A stretch of DNA of 55,908 bases, taken from the NCBI GenBank assembly GCA_964588985.1, contig CAZPQW010000023.1, positions 1-55,908 on the forward strand, written 5' to 3'. Positions 24,801 through 33,586 of the stretch are shown in pieces. The notes beneath the pieces were generated by a model. The model saw only the letters and a program-made list of their open reading frames with translations, did not search any database and was not told where the DNA came from. Source of the DNA: an uncultured Solirubrobacteraceae bacterium (lineage in GTDB: Bacteria > Actinomycetota > Thermoleophilia > Solirubrobacterales > Solirubrobacteraceae). Position 1 is the stretch's first letter; every line of letters starts with the position of its first letter. The translations under genes were made by a program, and so were the position numbers.

Positions 24801-25049
24801 GAGGTCAAGGGCGTCGCCGACGACGCCTCCAGCGCCGGCATCCGCATGACCGGCAACGAGGTTCTCATCGCGACCCAGTACCGAACGAGCTACTGGCTCT
24901 ACGTCGTCGACCAGTGCGCCGACGGCACCGGCCGACTTTTCGGCGCCTACGAGGATCCGGCGACCCTATTCAGTGGCGACATGGTCGGAGATGCGATCTT
25001 TCGCGTGCCCGGCTCAACTCTCAAGAACGCACCCGGGAGCACGCAATGA
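21837..25049 (+). CDS. SNF2-family helicase with C-terminal DUF3883-like PD-(D/E)xK nuclease
   Basis: LLADEPGTGKT, IFDEAH, TATPH, EGIDLQ, QRMGRIHRVGQ; C-terminal GYDLEA...VEVKG; start uncertain (21792 or 21837). Confidence 0.9.
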   Translation: MVAVVEDLQPGQRVRVAAEGIPEFASVRFVTPVNAAGVATVFLADDAGGVYEVEVGPGLEAIVRAVVSDGSGDSARVLAGMWTRWMAAAATNAESSAIATTQLRPYAHQTTAVYGAMLPQPLLRFLLADEPGTGKTIMAGLYLREMQRLGLVQRAIVVCPANLTSKWVADFDRFFGGGLRHLTANTIREDAVGAHNLWVVSLELAAVNPVVQDAIRPDLAGWDLVIFDEAHRLTPTATSFHQVGRLLAKNTPRALLMTATPHRGKEWLFRHLLHLVDPEVYPDPGDNSDVSLPALRPGPIHFLRRMKEDLVDYDGKTRLFKNRTADNIAVPLSSFEFGFYKVALEMVDKFFPPVAQPLARMVYGKRAASTLEALKRTLQRRLEHMGEKSEAEAVLDADREFSGDETEVDEAKVIHAGSTATRAERAELKKLISQLDEIGSAWRPSKWKRLIEDCLAANGIVPGNSEQAVIFSEYADSAEWIADRLDAEGFTVRVYSGRQTHRERDEVRLAFMRGEFQIIVTTDAGNEGIDLQAAHVLVNYDIPWSLVRLEQRMGRIHRVGQHRDVFLYNLVASDTREGGTLLTLLNNFVIAANELHGQMFDSLSAVAEITGVDYDKWLTDLYGNDEDRKAAAAHAAAQVQARDLERVARQVKDTERRLASQVDAVAALTLLQRDLFARINPAIVEAYLDRLNGAGIVTVQKTAAGDGFRRISREAGLPKSLGGGAEALVATSGEAVRGATTIDLGGLVTLGPGEPAFTELIEIADSELAEDVFQSGAVDDPTSLTPYDLYAFEAEMTESSGQRNSVWATLVKVDDGGSARAVRWETLANLVPSKAQGTQAHPARLQAAEAASAQVAQSTLVEHRKVRREWFAQARKDLNNLPLEITDSIQDREERINLRQQLQQQTAHRLEQLQQLAQVELTTPRLLGRLRVLPTATPELAEAAESEWIAMKYVQQFLEADGWRVEDVHTEGRGYDLEARRQSQVRQVEVKGVADDASSAGIRMTGNEVLIATQYRTSYWLYVVDQCADGTGRLFGAYEDPATLFSGDMVGDAIFRVPGSTLKNAPGSTQ

Positions 25050-27790
25050 CCCGGATGATCGAGCGGTGGTTCCCTGGCCCCGAGGTCAGCGCGAACAGCA
25101 GGTCCGGCTGGGGGTCGGGCAACATGGAGGTCGGGCTGATGACGTGGTTCGCGAAGCGCCCTACCGCTCAGGCCAGGGCGGCGGTCCTCTGCTCGTTGTT
25201 GCCCTGGCCGGACGATTCCGTGGAGCAGGCTCGGCTGCAACAACTCGTCCACGACGCGATGACTGACCGGTTCGCCGACTCGAAAGAAGTCCGTGCAGAG
25301 ATCGAACGGCAGCTCGGCGACCGCGTCGCCATGCTCGATCCGTTCAGTGGTCGAGGGATGATCCCTCTCGAGGCCGCGCGGCTTGGCCTGCCCGCCTATG
25401 CGTTGGACTACAGCTGGGTTGCGGTTCTGGCATCGCGGCTCCTTGCGGAGTACACCAATCGCAACTGGGATCACGAGCCGGCACTAGATCTTCACGATCC
25501 GTCAGGGTCACTGACAGGCGCAAGGCCGCGGCTTGTCGGGGATGCTTCCGCGTTCATCGACGAAGTGGGCCGTCGCCACGCAGAAGCCATGGCGGAGTTC
25601 TACCCGGCAGTCGACGGTCGGCGGCCATGGGGTTACTTGTGGGCCTTGGCAATCCCATGCCGGGAGTGTGGTCGCACGTTCCCGCTTGTCGGATCGCTCG
25701 AACTGCGGAAGGGGACAACCAAGAAGTCTCGATCCGGCACGCTCACCGCTGACGAGGGCCAGTCGTTTGCCATCGAGACGGATCGTGCGGTGGGTACTTG
25801 GAGCGTGCGTGTTCATGACGGTCCGCCTCTTGGAACACCCACGCGGCAAGTCCCGCCTGGGAAGAGCAGATACGACAGCGGCGGGAAGCTCGCGGTCTGT
25901 CCCTTCTGTGGATTTGGCCACGACCGAGCGGCGCAAATGGAACTTCTCTCGGGTGGCTACGCGGCAGATACCCCACTTCTTGCCGCCGATATCGACTCGG
26001 CAGTGGGGAAGCGCTATCGGCAGCTTCAGCCTGAGGAGCTCGAAGCGGCGATTGCGGCAACGGATGCCCTACGTACTGAGGCGAGCTTCAGCCCGTTGCT
26101 GCCCGCCCGCCCTGACGAGCCGATCCCGGACGGCAACACATGGACGGTGCAGGCGACTGTTTACGGCGCGGTCACCTACGGAGACATGATGAATGACAGA
26201 CAGACCCTGTCGTTCATCCGACTAGCCCGAACGATCGCCGTACTTGGCGACGAGGTGCGCCGCCAGGGAGCCAGCGATGACTACGTGCGAGCGCTTACGG
26301 GGTACGCTGCTGCGGCACTCGCTCGCAAGTTGCGCAGGGCCACTCGCGGGTGTGTGCTGGCGGTTAGCCGAGATGGCGTGAGCGACATCTTCCAGACCGA
26401 GTCGAGCCTCAACTTCTCGTTCGACTACTTCGAGGTTGGGGTAGGCGGCGGACCTGGGAGCTGGGAGTCGGTATCCGGAGGCACCCTCCGATCCCTGGAG
26501 GCGATCCTCCCGCCCCCCGGCGTCCACGGCCGTCCCGTTGAGGTAAGTCAAGGTAGCGCGACATCGCTCCCATTCAGGGACGGAGAACTCGCCGCAGTGG
26601 TGACGGACCCGCCGTACGACGCGATGATCGACTACAGCGACGCCAGCGACCTCTTCTACGTGTGGCTCAAGCGGGCGCTTGTGCGGAGCTGGCCCGAGCT
26701 CGCGATCACGGCACACCCAAACGGTGTGCAGGAGAAGGATCTCGAGATCATCGTCAAGAAGGGCGGGACGAGCAACAACGACCATCGAGATCGGCGTCAC
26801 TACGACACCAAGATCGCCGAGGCGTTCTCCGAGATGCGTCGAGTCGTTGCAGACGATGGCGTCGTCACGATCGTCTTCGGGCACGGCGAGCCCGAGGTTT
26901 GGCAGCGGCTTCTCGCGGCAATCGACGCCGCAGGTCTGGTCCTCACAGGGGCGTGGCCGGCGAAGACGGAGGCCGGAGGCAAGGTCGGTTTCTCGAACAT
27001 CGTGTCCACCCTGACGATGGCCTGTCGGCCGGCGCCCGTCAACCGACCTGTCGGTCGGAAGGGCTCCGTCGAGTCTGAGATCCGGAAGGAAATTCGTCGC
27101 CGGTACCCGGACTGGGAACGATGGGGTCTGGCTCCCGCTGACATGCTGATGGCTGCGGCGGGACCGGCCATGGAGGTCGTAGGCCGCTACAGCGAGGTTC
27201 GAGACTCGCGGGGTGAACGCGTCGACATCCACACGTTCCTGCCGCTCGCTCGTGCGGCTGTCCAGGAGGCTATGGCCGTCGAGATCGACGATCGCCCGCT
27301 AGAGGCGTTCGATGCCAGAACACGGTTCGCGCTGTGGTGGGTGCGCCTGTACGAGCGCGAGCCACAGGCCAAGTCCGAGCTTCGCTGGCAAGCACTCGCC
27401 TCCTCACTCGACATGGAGCGTGTGAAGGATCTGGTGCCTGGAGACAAGAGCGCTGCGCTTGTGACCTCGGACAGGTTCGAGGCGCGGATCACCCCCGACT
27501 CGGCTGTGATCGACGTCGCACTCGCACTTGCTGCGGCATCGGAGCAAGGCCTTGCCGCGATGGGGGAAGTGCTCGCGTCGTCCTCGCTCGACTGCGACGA
27601 CCAGCTCTTGTGGGCGGCGATCCAGTTCCTGGCCGATCGTCTGCCCGACTCCGATCCGGACGCGATCGCGTTTCACCGCGTTCTCCGTGCGCGGGGGGGA
27701 ATCGGCAGCGCGGCGGAGAACGTTGCTGAGGTGGCGCGCGCTGAACGTGCCCAGCAGGACACCGAAGATCGTCAGATCAAGCTACTGTGA
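25046..27790 (+). CDS. DUF1156-type amino-DNA methyltransferase with Zn ribbon
   Basis: WFAKRP, DPFSGRGMIPLEAARLG (motif I), CRECG/CPFCG, VVTDPPY (motif IV); ATGA overlap with helicase. Confidence 0.88.
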   Translation: MTRMIERWFPGPEVSANSRSGWGSGNMEVGLMTWFAKRPTAQARAAVLCSLLPWPDDSVEQARLQQLVHDAMTDRFADSKEVRAEIERQLGDRVAMLDPFSGRGMIPLEAARLGLPAYALDYSWVAVLASRLLAEYTNRNWDHEPALDLHDPSGSLTGARPRLVGDASAFIDEVGRRHAEAMAEFYPAVDGRRPWGYLWALAIPCRECGRTFPLVGSLELRKGTTKKSRSGTLTADEGQSFAIETDRAVGTWSVRVHDGPPLGTPTRQVPPGKSRYDSGGKLAVCPFCGFGHDRAAQMELLSGGYAADTPLLAADIDSAVGKRYRQLQPEELEAAIAATDALRTEASFSPLLPARPDEPIPDGNTWTVQATVYGAVTYGDMMNDRQTLSFIRLARTIAVLGDEVRRQGASDDYVRALTGYAAAALARKLRRATRGCVLAVSRDGVSDIFQTESSLNFSFDYFEVGVGGGPGSWESVSGGTLRSLEAILPPPGVHGRPVEVSQGSATSLPFRDGELAAVVTDPPYDAMIDYSDASDLFYVWLKRALVRSWPELAITAHPNGVQEKDLEIIVKKGGTSNNDHRDRRHYDTKIAEAFSEMRRVVADDGVVTIVFGHGEPEVWQRLLAAIDAAGLVLTGAWPAKTEAGGKVGFSNIVSTLTMACRPAPVNRPVGRKGSVESEIRKEIRRRYPDWERWGLAPADMLMAAAGPAMEVVGRYSEVRDSRGERVDIHTFLPLARAAVQEAMAVEIDDRPLEAFDARTRFALWWVRLYEREPQAKSELRWQALASSLDMERVKDLVPGDKSAALVTSDRFEARITPDSAVIDVALALAAASEQGLAAMGEVLASSSLDCDDQLLWAAIQFLADRLPDSDPDAIAFHRVLRARGGIGSAAENVAEVARAERAQQDTEDRQIKLL

Positions 27791-27824
27791 TCACTGAACC
27801 AGACCCCATGGAGGCTAGCGCTGT

Positions 27825-30761
27825 ATGAGCGCCCCGACGCCATGGTGGAAGGCCCTCAAGCTGCGGCAGGAGATCCTCGACGCGTCGGGCCAGATCGACG
27901 ACGTTCAAATGTCGCTGTTTCAGGCCGTGCACGGCTCCGGAGCGTCGAAGCCGCCGTACGCCGACGCCAGCTACTACGGCGAGATCACGCATCCGACCGA
28001 TCGCCTTGTCGACCTCCTCACGGAGATCGCGGTACGGGTCGGAGGCGAGGACGACTATCTTCATACACGCGCCGTCACGCGTCTCGACCAGGGGATGGGC
28101 GGCGGCAAGTCTCACGCGTGTATTGGCGCCTATCACCTGGCCGCCAACCCTGACGGGCTCTTAAGCACACAGCTCGGAGTCGCGATTCGCGAGCGGGCGA
28201 AGGAGAAGCTCGGGCGCGATCTGCCTGCCGATCTGTCCTCGCCGCACGTAGTGGTGCTGCCGTGCGACAACATGACGCCGAGTGCTCCGATCCAGGAGTT
28301 CGACGGCCCGGCGACGAGCCTCTACGAGCGGTTCCTGTGGCGGTTGTTCTCCAAGGATTACACGCTCTACGAGCGCTATCAGCCGTACTTCAGTGACAAG
28401 AGCAAGATCGCCGAAGCGCTGAAAGCGCTCAACCGGCCGGTTCTCATCATCATCGACGAGGTCCTTGATTACGTCGGCAACGGGCTGGACGGGGCAAACA
28501 GACCCGAGCTCACCGCGCAGGACATGGGCTTCCTGCGTGCGCTGCTCGACGTCGCCAACGACGTGCCGCGCGTGGCGTTGCTGGTGGTGATGATCGCCTC
28601 GGATCGCGACACCACCTCGCTGTCGCCGGCTGCGAAGGAGCGGCGCGACGACCTCAACTCGCTGCTCGAGCGTAACGGCACGCCGGCGACCGTGACCGAG
28701 GTCGGCGACTTCGCGGACATCCTGCGGCGCCGGCTCTTCGACGGCGAGCCACCGGCCGAGGTGCTCAGCGCAACGGCAGCGCAGTACGAGCCGATCCACT
28801 CCGACCCGGCGTGGACGAAGAGCGTCTGGGGCCAGATCGGCGCGAGCTGGTGCGAGGACTGGGCACAGCAAGTCGCCGCGTGCTACCCGTTTCACCCATA
28901 CCTCATGGCGATCGCCCGGGAGGAGTGGAGCCAGGTCACCGGGTTCCAGCGCGTCCGTTCGACGATCCGGATCTTCGCGGCGACCGTCTACGCCCAGCAG
29001 CAGCGCGGCAACGCCGGCAATTGGGCGCCGGCCTTGATCGGGCCTGGCGACCTCCCGCTTGGTGACTCGGCTGTTCGCGAGGCGTTGCTGGGCTCGGGTC
29101 TCCTCGAGGACGACAGGACGATCGCGAACTACCGCAGCCTGGCCGAGCTGGAGGTTGTCAACAATGACGAGACCGGTGGGACCGCGCGCCGGCTCGATCT
29201 TGAGCGCGAGTCGCTGTTGTGGGGCTACGCGAATCCTCGGGCGTCCGAGCGGGCAGCGACGTTCGTGTTCCTCGCGAGCATCGTCGGTACGTTGCGCCCC
29301 GGTCGTGGGCGCGGTGCCAGTGCCCCGGAGGTCAAGGCTGCGTGCAGCGTGCCCGACCTAGCCTTCACGGTGACCGACGCTGATACGGTCGTCGACGAGC
29401 TGGTCGGCCCGGACACCGGCATGTCTGCGATCGAGGTGGTCCCGGGCCAGGGGCACAACAAGCCCGCGCGCTACTTCCTCTCGACGCGGCTGACCCATCG
29501 GATGCTGGTCAACAACATCCGCCACACGATCACCGAGCCCGAGCGCGACGAGGTGATCTGGGAGTTCGCGCAGCGCCTGTCGAACGGTGGGCCTTTCCGT
29601 GAGTGTCTCTTCGTCGCGGCAGACGGCGCTCGCACGCCGGCCGAGGTTCTGTCCACGGCCGGGATCGACAAGGCGCACACGACGCGACTGGTCGTGCTCG
29701 ATCCAGCCCAGTTCAGCCTTCGCAATGGCAGCGAGGCGCCGACGATCGAGGGGCTCACGGTGGCGATGGGGCTCGGCGCCGGCACGGCGCAGCTTCCGGT
29801 TCAGTGGGCGTCGAGCTGTGTGTTCGCGGTGGCGAACACACAACGCCGATCGCACGCGCGCGGCGTCGCTGTCGAGTACCTCACGCGACAGCGAGCACTG
29901 GCAGCGCCGGAGGTGCAGAACGACGACGACCTCAAGGCGACCGGCACGAAGGAGCTCGCGGAGGCCAAGGACCAGCTTGAGAAGGCCGTCAAGCGCGCCT
30001 ATCAGCACATCGCCTACCTCGCCCAGCCCGACCCCGACGGCGAGCGTCGCCTGGGGCAGCACACCTTCGATGCGGAGAACAGTACGAGCCTTGATGGGAC
30101 GATCGTGTGGAAGGCGCTCGCCGAGCGGGACAAGGTATTCGACACCGGCGCGTTCAACGGGAAAGCGCTCGTCCACAACCTGCGCGACAGCGACTACGGG
30201 CGCACGCTGTCGGACTTGCGGGCGGCGTTCTACTCGGCGCCGAGGCTGCCGCTGCTCTTCGGCGGTGATCACGACTTGCAGCAGGCGATCTACGACGCGG
30301 TCACAGAGGGAAGAGTCGACATCATCGATGGCGCCGGCGATCCGGTGGTCGTGACAGCACCCAACCAGGTGAATCTCACGAGCGCCGGGCTTCGGCTCGC
30401 CAAACCGAAGGCTGCCGAGGTGAGCGCGGGGGCTGGCGGCGGTGCGCCCGAGGAGTCGTTGGCGCCGGCCGCGCCTAGTGCGCCTGGGGGCTCGCGGGCT
30501 GGCGACGGCGGCGGCAGCCCGACGCTCGCTCCGACGCAGGAGCAGCAGGTGGCGTTCTCGTTCACGAAGAACCTGCTCGGCGATGATGCATCCGCCGACG
30601 ATCTGGCCGCGCTGTTCAAGGCCCTCTACCAGGCGCTCGACGAGCGCACGATCTCGTACGGCCAAGGCACACTCCAGCTAGTCATCAGCGGCGATGTGGC
30701 CGATCGACTCTCTGAATGCCTGCAGGCGCTCGGGATCACTGCCACCGTCAAGCCGGTGTGA
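27825..30761 (+). CDS. DUF499-type AAA+ ATPase
   Basis: PWWKALKLR N-terminus, Walker A GMGGGKSH, Walker B IIIDEV, ILRRRLF, YPFHP, FQRVR. Confidence 0.88.
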   Translation: MSAPTPWWKALKLRQEILDASGQIDDVQMSLFQAVHGSGASKPPYADASYYGEITHPTDRLVDLLTEIAVRVGGEDDYLHTRAVTRLDQGMGGGKSHACIGAYHLAANPDGLLSTQLGVAIRERAKEKLGRDLPADLSSPHVVVLPCDNMTPSAPIQEFDGPATSLYERFLWRLFSKDYTLYERYQPYFSDKSKIAEALKALNRPVLIIIDEVLDYVGNGLDGANRPELTAQDMGFLRALLDVANDVPRVALLVVMIASDRDTTSLSPAAKERRDDLNSLLERNGTPATVTEVGDFADILRRRLFDGEPPAEVLSATAAQYEPIHSDPAWTKSVWGQIGASWCEDWAQQVAACYPFHPYLMAIAREEWSQVTGFQRVRSTIRIFAATVYAQQQRGNAGNWAPALIGPGDLPLGDSAVREALLGSGLLEDDRTIANYRSLAELEVVNNDETGGTARRLDLERESLLWGYANPRASERAATFVFLASIVGTLRPGRGRGASAPEVKAACSVPDLAFTVTDADTVVDELVGPDTGMSAIEVVPGQGHNKPARYFLSTRLTHRMLVNNIRHTITEPERDEVIWEFAQRLSNGGPFRECLFVAADGARTPAEVLSTAGIDKAHTTRLVVLDPAQFSLRNGSEAPTIEGLTVAMGLGAGTAQLPVQWASSCVFAVANTQRRSHARGVAVEYLTRQRALAAPEVQNDDDLKATGTKELAEAKDQLEKAVKRAYQHIAYLAQPDPDGERRLGQHTFDAENSTSLDGTIVWKALAERDKVFDTGAFNGKALVHNLRDSDYGRTLSDLRAAFYSAPRLPLLFGGDHDLQQAIYDAVTEGRVDIIDGAGDPVVVTAPNQVNLTSAGLRLAKPKAAEVSAGAGGGAPEESLAPAAPSAPGGSRAGDGGGSPTLAPTQEQQVAFSFTKNLLGDDASADDLAALFKALYQALDERTISYGQGTLQLVISGDVADRLSECLQALGITATVKPV

Positions 30762-31030
30762 GGAGATCAAGCCCCGTCCCAACCGGCCATCCTCGGTTTC
30801 CACGCGCAGCGATGAAGGCGCCGTTCCGCAGCCATGCCATTCCAGTTCCACCCGCGGACCCGTCTCCGCCGGGGCTTGATCCGGGCGTCTCCGAGTCGCT
30901 GCTGGGTCGGTGGGAGTTCAGCGATGCGCAGCTAAACGAGGCGGCACGCCAGATAGGCGCCTGTGAGCCGCTCGCTGGGCTGTGTGCGTCGGCAAGTGCG
31001 TAGGGCTCGACTGTTGGCCGGACCTGCGCG

Positions 31031-31597
31031 TCAGGCGAAGAAGTCGGCGACCGCGACCACCCAGCCGGGTACTGCGTCGCTGAGGTCGATGTCGCCGTCG
31101 GTGTAGGTGCGCACGTTGTCGAGCGCTCTGTAGGCGGTCGCGGTTCGCTCGGCGGGGTCAAGCACAAGGATTGCCAACGTCCCGGCCGCCAGCCAGTCCA
31201 GCGTCTTGGAGTGCACCTCGGGTCGGCTGTCGTGAGGCGCATCGGCCCCGGAGGGGGAGATGACCTCGATAGCGAAATCTGGCGGGCCGGGCCAGAAGTG
31301 CTCCGTCCTGCCCACGGCCTCCACTCGGTCGCGACGGACGAAGGCGACATCCGGCGCGCGGACGGTGTCCGGATCGCTGGCCAGGATGAATCCGGTCCCG
31401 GCGGCGACCGCCACGCCGATCTCGGTCTCGTGCACATGGTTGCCCAAAAGCCAGCTCGCGGTGGACGTGACACGACCGTGAGCGACGCACGCGAGAGGCA
31501 TGACCCTCAGCTGTCCTTCGACCAGTTCATGACGCACACCGTCGTCGTGGAGCTTCAAGAGTTCCTCTACGGTGACTGTGGTCATGTGCGTGCTCAC
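31031..31597 (-). CDS. Uma2 (DUF820) family putative endonuclease
   Basis: ELVEG..MP..HG, VRAPDVAFV, PDFAIEVISPS, VLDP, PGW.VADFF; GTG 31597 lies 7 nt after a TAGCCT -10 (alternative starts 31585, 31633). Confidence 0.88.
   Translation of the reverse strand: MSTHMTTVTVEELLKLHDDGVRHELVEGQLRVMPLACVAHGRVTSTASWLLGNHVHETEIGVAVAAGTGFILASDPDTVRAPDVAFVRRDRVEAVGRTEHFWPGPPDFAIEVISPSGADAPHDSRPEVHSKTLDWLAAGTLAILVLDPAERTATAYRALDNVRTYTDGDIDLSDAVPGWVVAVADFFA
31033..31065 (+). repeat. 33-bp direct repeat, right copy (inside the Uma2 3' end)
   Basis: Identical to 21750-21782. Confidence 0.92.
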
Positions 31598-31632
31598 GTT
31601 CAAGAGGCTAGCGATGAGCAGGGCGTCGCTCA

Positions 31633-32829
31633 TCACGATCGGCTGCGTGTCTGGCTTTGCTTGCGTGGCGAGCGGTAGGGGAGTTGGCGTCTGAGGTATT
31701 GGTCGAAGCGTGGCACGGTGAAGTCGATGTGGCCGTAGTCCTCGGTGGCGTAGATGAGGCCCTTCTCGAGCAGGCTTTGGCGGACGGGGGAGAACGCGGT
31801 GGTCGGCTTGCCGGCCGCGCGGGCGACGTCGCCGGAGCGGTAGGGGCCGGGTCCGAGCTCGGCCATCGCGCGCATGTAGTGTCGCTCGGCGTTGGTGGAG
31901 CGCTGCATTCTGACCTCGTACATGGTCTGGTTGAGCGCCGCCTGGGCGGCGGGCTTGGCGCTTTCGATCACCGCGAGTGAGATCGGCGAGGCTGAGGCGA
32001 GGTTCCACGCGTGCTTGCCGAGTTGCTGGATGTAGAAGGGGTAGCCGGCGGTCCAGACGAGTGCTGCGGCAATCGCGTCCTCTTCGAACGCGACGTCGTG
32101 GGCATATGCGGGCTCCACGAGCGCTGCTTCGGCGTCCTGCTGTGAGAGGTTGCCGATGACGGGGAACGTGAAGAGTCGCTCGGCGTAGCTGCGAGCCTCG
32201 CCGGTGAGCTTCGGGATCTGGGGCAGGCCGGCCGCCGCGAGCGTTACTGGCAGGTTGCGCTGTGTCGCTCGGTGCAGTGCGCTGATCATCGCGCGAAACT
32301 GGGCGGGCTCGGCGAACTGGACCTCGTCGAGCAGGAACACAATCCCGCTCTTGGCCGCGCGCGCGGCTTGCCCGAGCTGGAGGAAGAGCTGTGTGAGGTC
32401 GCTCGCGAGCGTCGCTTCGTCGGCGCGGCGTAGGTCGATCGACAGGCCGATCCCTTCTGGGCCGGAGAGTTTGATCGACTGCAGCTGTCCGAGCGCGCCT
32501 CGGATCGTGGCGAGCATCTTCGCGGTGAGCTTCAGGCGCGCGAGCGCGAGCTGAGTGTCTCGGGCCAGTTCGCCGGCGAGTCCGGCGTGTGGTGTCAGCT
32601 CGTGGTAGAAGGTCAGGAAGCCTGCGTTCTCGGCCTGGTCCTCGAAGATGTTCAGCAGTGCGGTCTTGCCGACTCCTCGCAGGCCGCGGATGATCATGCT
32701 CTGCTCGGTCGCACCACGGGCCATACGGCCGACCAGGACGCGGAACTGCTCGAGCTCCGCGTGGCGGCCGGCGAGCGCGGGCGGCCGGGAGCCGGCGTTG
32801 GGGGTGTAGGGATTGTTGAGCGGGTCCAT
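31633..32829 (-). CDS. AAA_16-like ATPase with C-terminal winged helix
   Basis: NPYTP..G..PPALAGR, GLRGVGKT, FLLDEVQ, AGLP, GYPFYIQ, wHTH-like C-terminus. Confidence 0.85.
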   Translation of the reverse strand: MDPLNNPYTPNAGSRPPALAGRHAELEQFRVLVGRMARGATEQSMIIRGLRGVGKTALLNIFEDQAENAGFLTFYHELTPHAGLAGELARDTQLALARLKLTAKMLATIRGALGQLQSIKLSGPEGIGLSIDLRRADEATLASDLTQLFLQLGQAARAAKSGIVFLLDEVQFAEPAQFRAMISALHRATQRNLPVTLAAAGLPQIPKLTGEARSYAERLFTFPVIGNLSQQDAEAALVEPAYAHDVAFEEDAIAAALVWTAGYPFYIQQLGKHAWNLASASPISLAVIESAKPAAQAALNQTMYEVRMQRSTNAERHYMRAMAELGPGPYRSGDVARAAGKPTTAFSPVRQSLLEKGLIYATEDYGHIDFTVPRFDQYLRRQLPYRSPRKQSQTRSRS

Positions 32830-32845
32830 GGGCTATACAAAGTTA

Positions 32846-32881
32846 TATGGACTTATAGGATAATCACTATAAGTGTCCATA
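32846..32881. promoter_or_regulatory. AT-rich imperfect inverted repeat, possible operator
   Basis: TATGGAC-TTATAG-N8-CTATAA-GT-GTCCATA between the divergent ATPase and XRE genes. Confidence 0.5.
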
Positions 32882-32960
32882 GCTCGCTAGAACTCACGAT
32901 GACGCGCGCTTGAGACGAAACGCTCGGCCGCACAGTGCGTCTGTGATAGCGTACGCTTGT

Positions 32961-33563
32961 ATGGCGGCTGACACCCCCTCTGGAGACCAGTTCGACTCGG
33001 CCGTGATCGGCGCGCGCGTGAAGGCGCTGCGCGAGGCCTCGGGCTTCTCCCTGCGCGACCTGGCGGAGCGCAGCGGCGTGAGCGCGCCGATGCTCTCGCA
33101 GGTCGAGCGCGGGGAGACGAGCCCCACGCTGACCGTCGCGTCGCGCATCGCCTCGGGCCTCGAGCTGCGCCTCTCGCAACTGCTACGCCTCGACGAGGGC
33201 GGCACGGTGACGATCGTCCGCGCCAAGGGGCGCCAGCACGGCGGCAACCGCAAGCGCGGGCACAGCTTCGAGGTGCTCACATCCGCCCAGCCGGGCCAGC
33301 GTGCCGAGCTGTCTCGACACACGCTCGCCCCGGGCGGCGCCACGGGCGCGTCTGATGACCCGCCGATGCACGAGCCGGGCAGCCGCGAGACGGCGCTGGT
33401 CGAGCACGGCGCGATCGCGCTGATCTGCGACGGGCAGCGCCACGAGCTGAAGGCGGGGGACTGCGTGACGTTCGACGCGGACCTGCCGCACCACTTCGAG
33501 AACCCCACCGACGAGGACGCCGCCTTCCTGGCGGTCGTCTCCGCCGGGTTGAGACGCAGCTAG
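32961..33563 (+). CDS. XRE-family transcriptional regulator with cupin domain
   Basis: [30 protein letters not shown]; [16 protein letters not shown] cupin. Confidence 0.92.
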   Translation: MAADTPSGDQFDSAVIGARVKALREASGFSLRDLAERSGVSAPMLSQVERGETSPTLTVASRIASGLELRLSQLLRLDEGGTVTIVRAKGRQHGGNRKRGHSFEVLTSAQPGQRAELSRHTLAPGGATGASDDPPMHEPGSRETALVEHGAIALICDGQRHELKAGDCVTFDADLPHHFENPTDEDAAFLAVVSAGLRRS

Positions 33564-33586
33564 ACGACCCCCGACCACGAGGACCG

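Larger units (their letters stand above)
21750..31065. mobile_element. Putative integrated defence cassette bounded by direct repeats (no integrase visible)
   Basis: att-like 33-bp repeats around a three-gene operon lying between leuA and the leuCDB region. Confidence 0.6.

Noticed and set aside
21837-30761. Calling the cassette BREX, DISARM or type I/III R-M
   Set aside because: No PglZ, BrxA/B/L, DrmA/B or HsdS-like gene is present
30716-31030. Small ORF or integrase remnant at the cassette's right end
   Set aside because: No recognisable recombinase motifs; candidate ORFs overlap neighbouring genes
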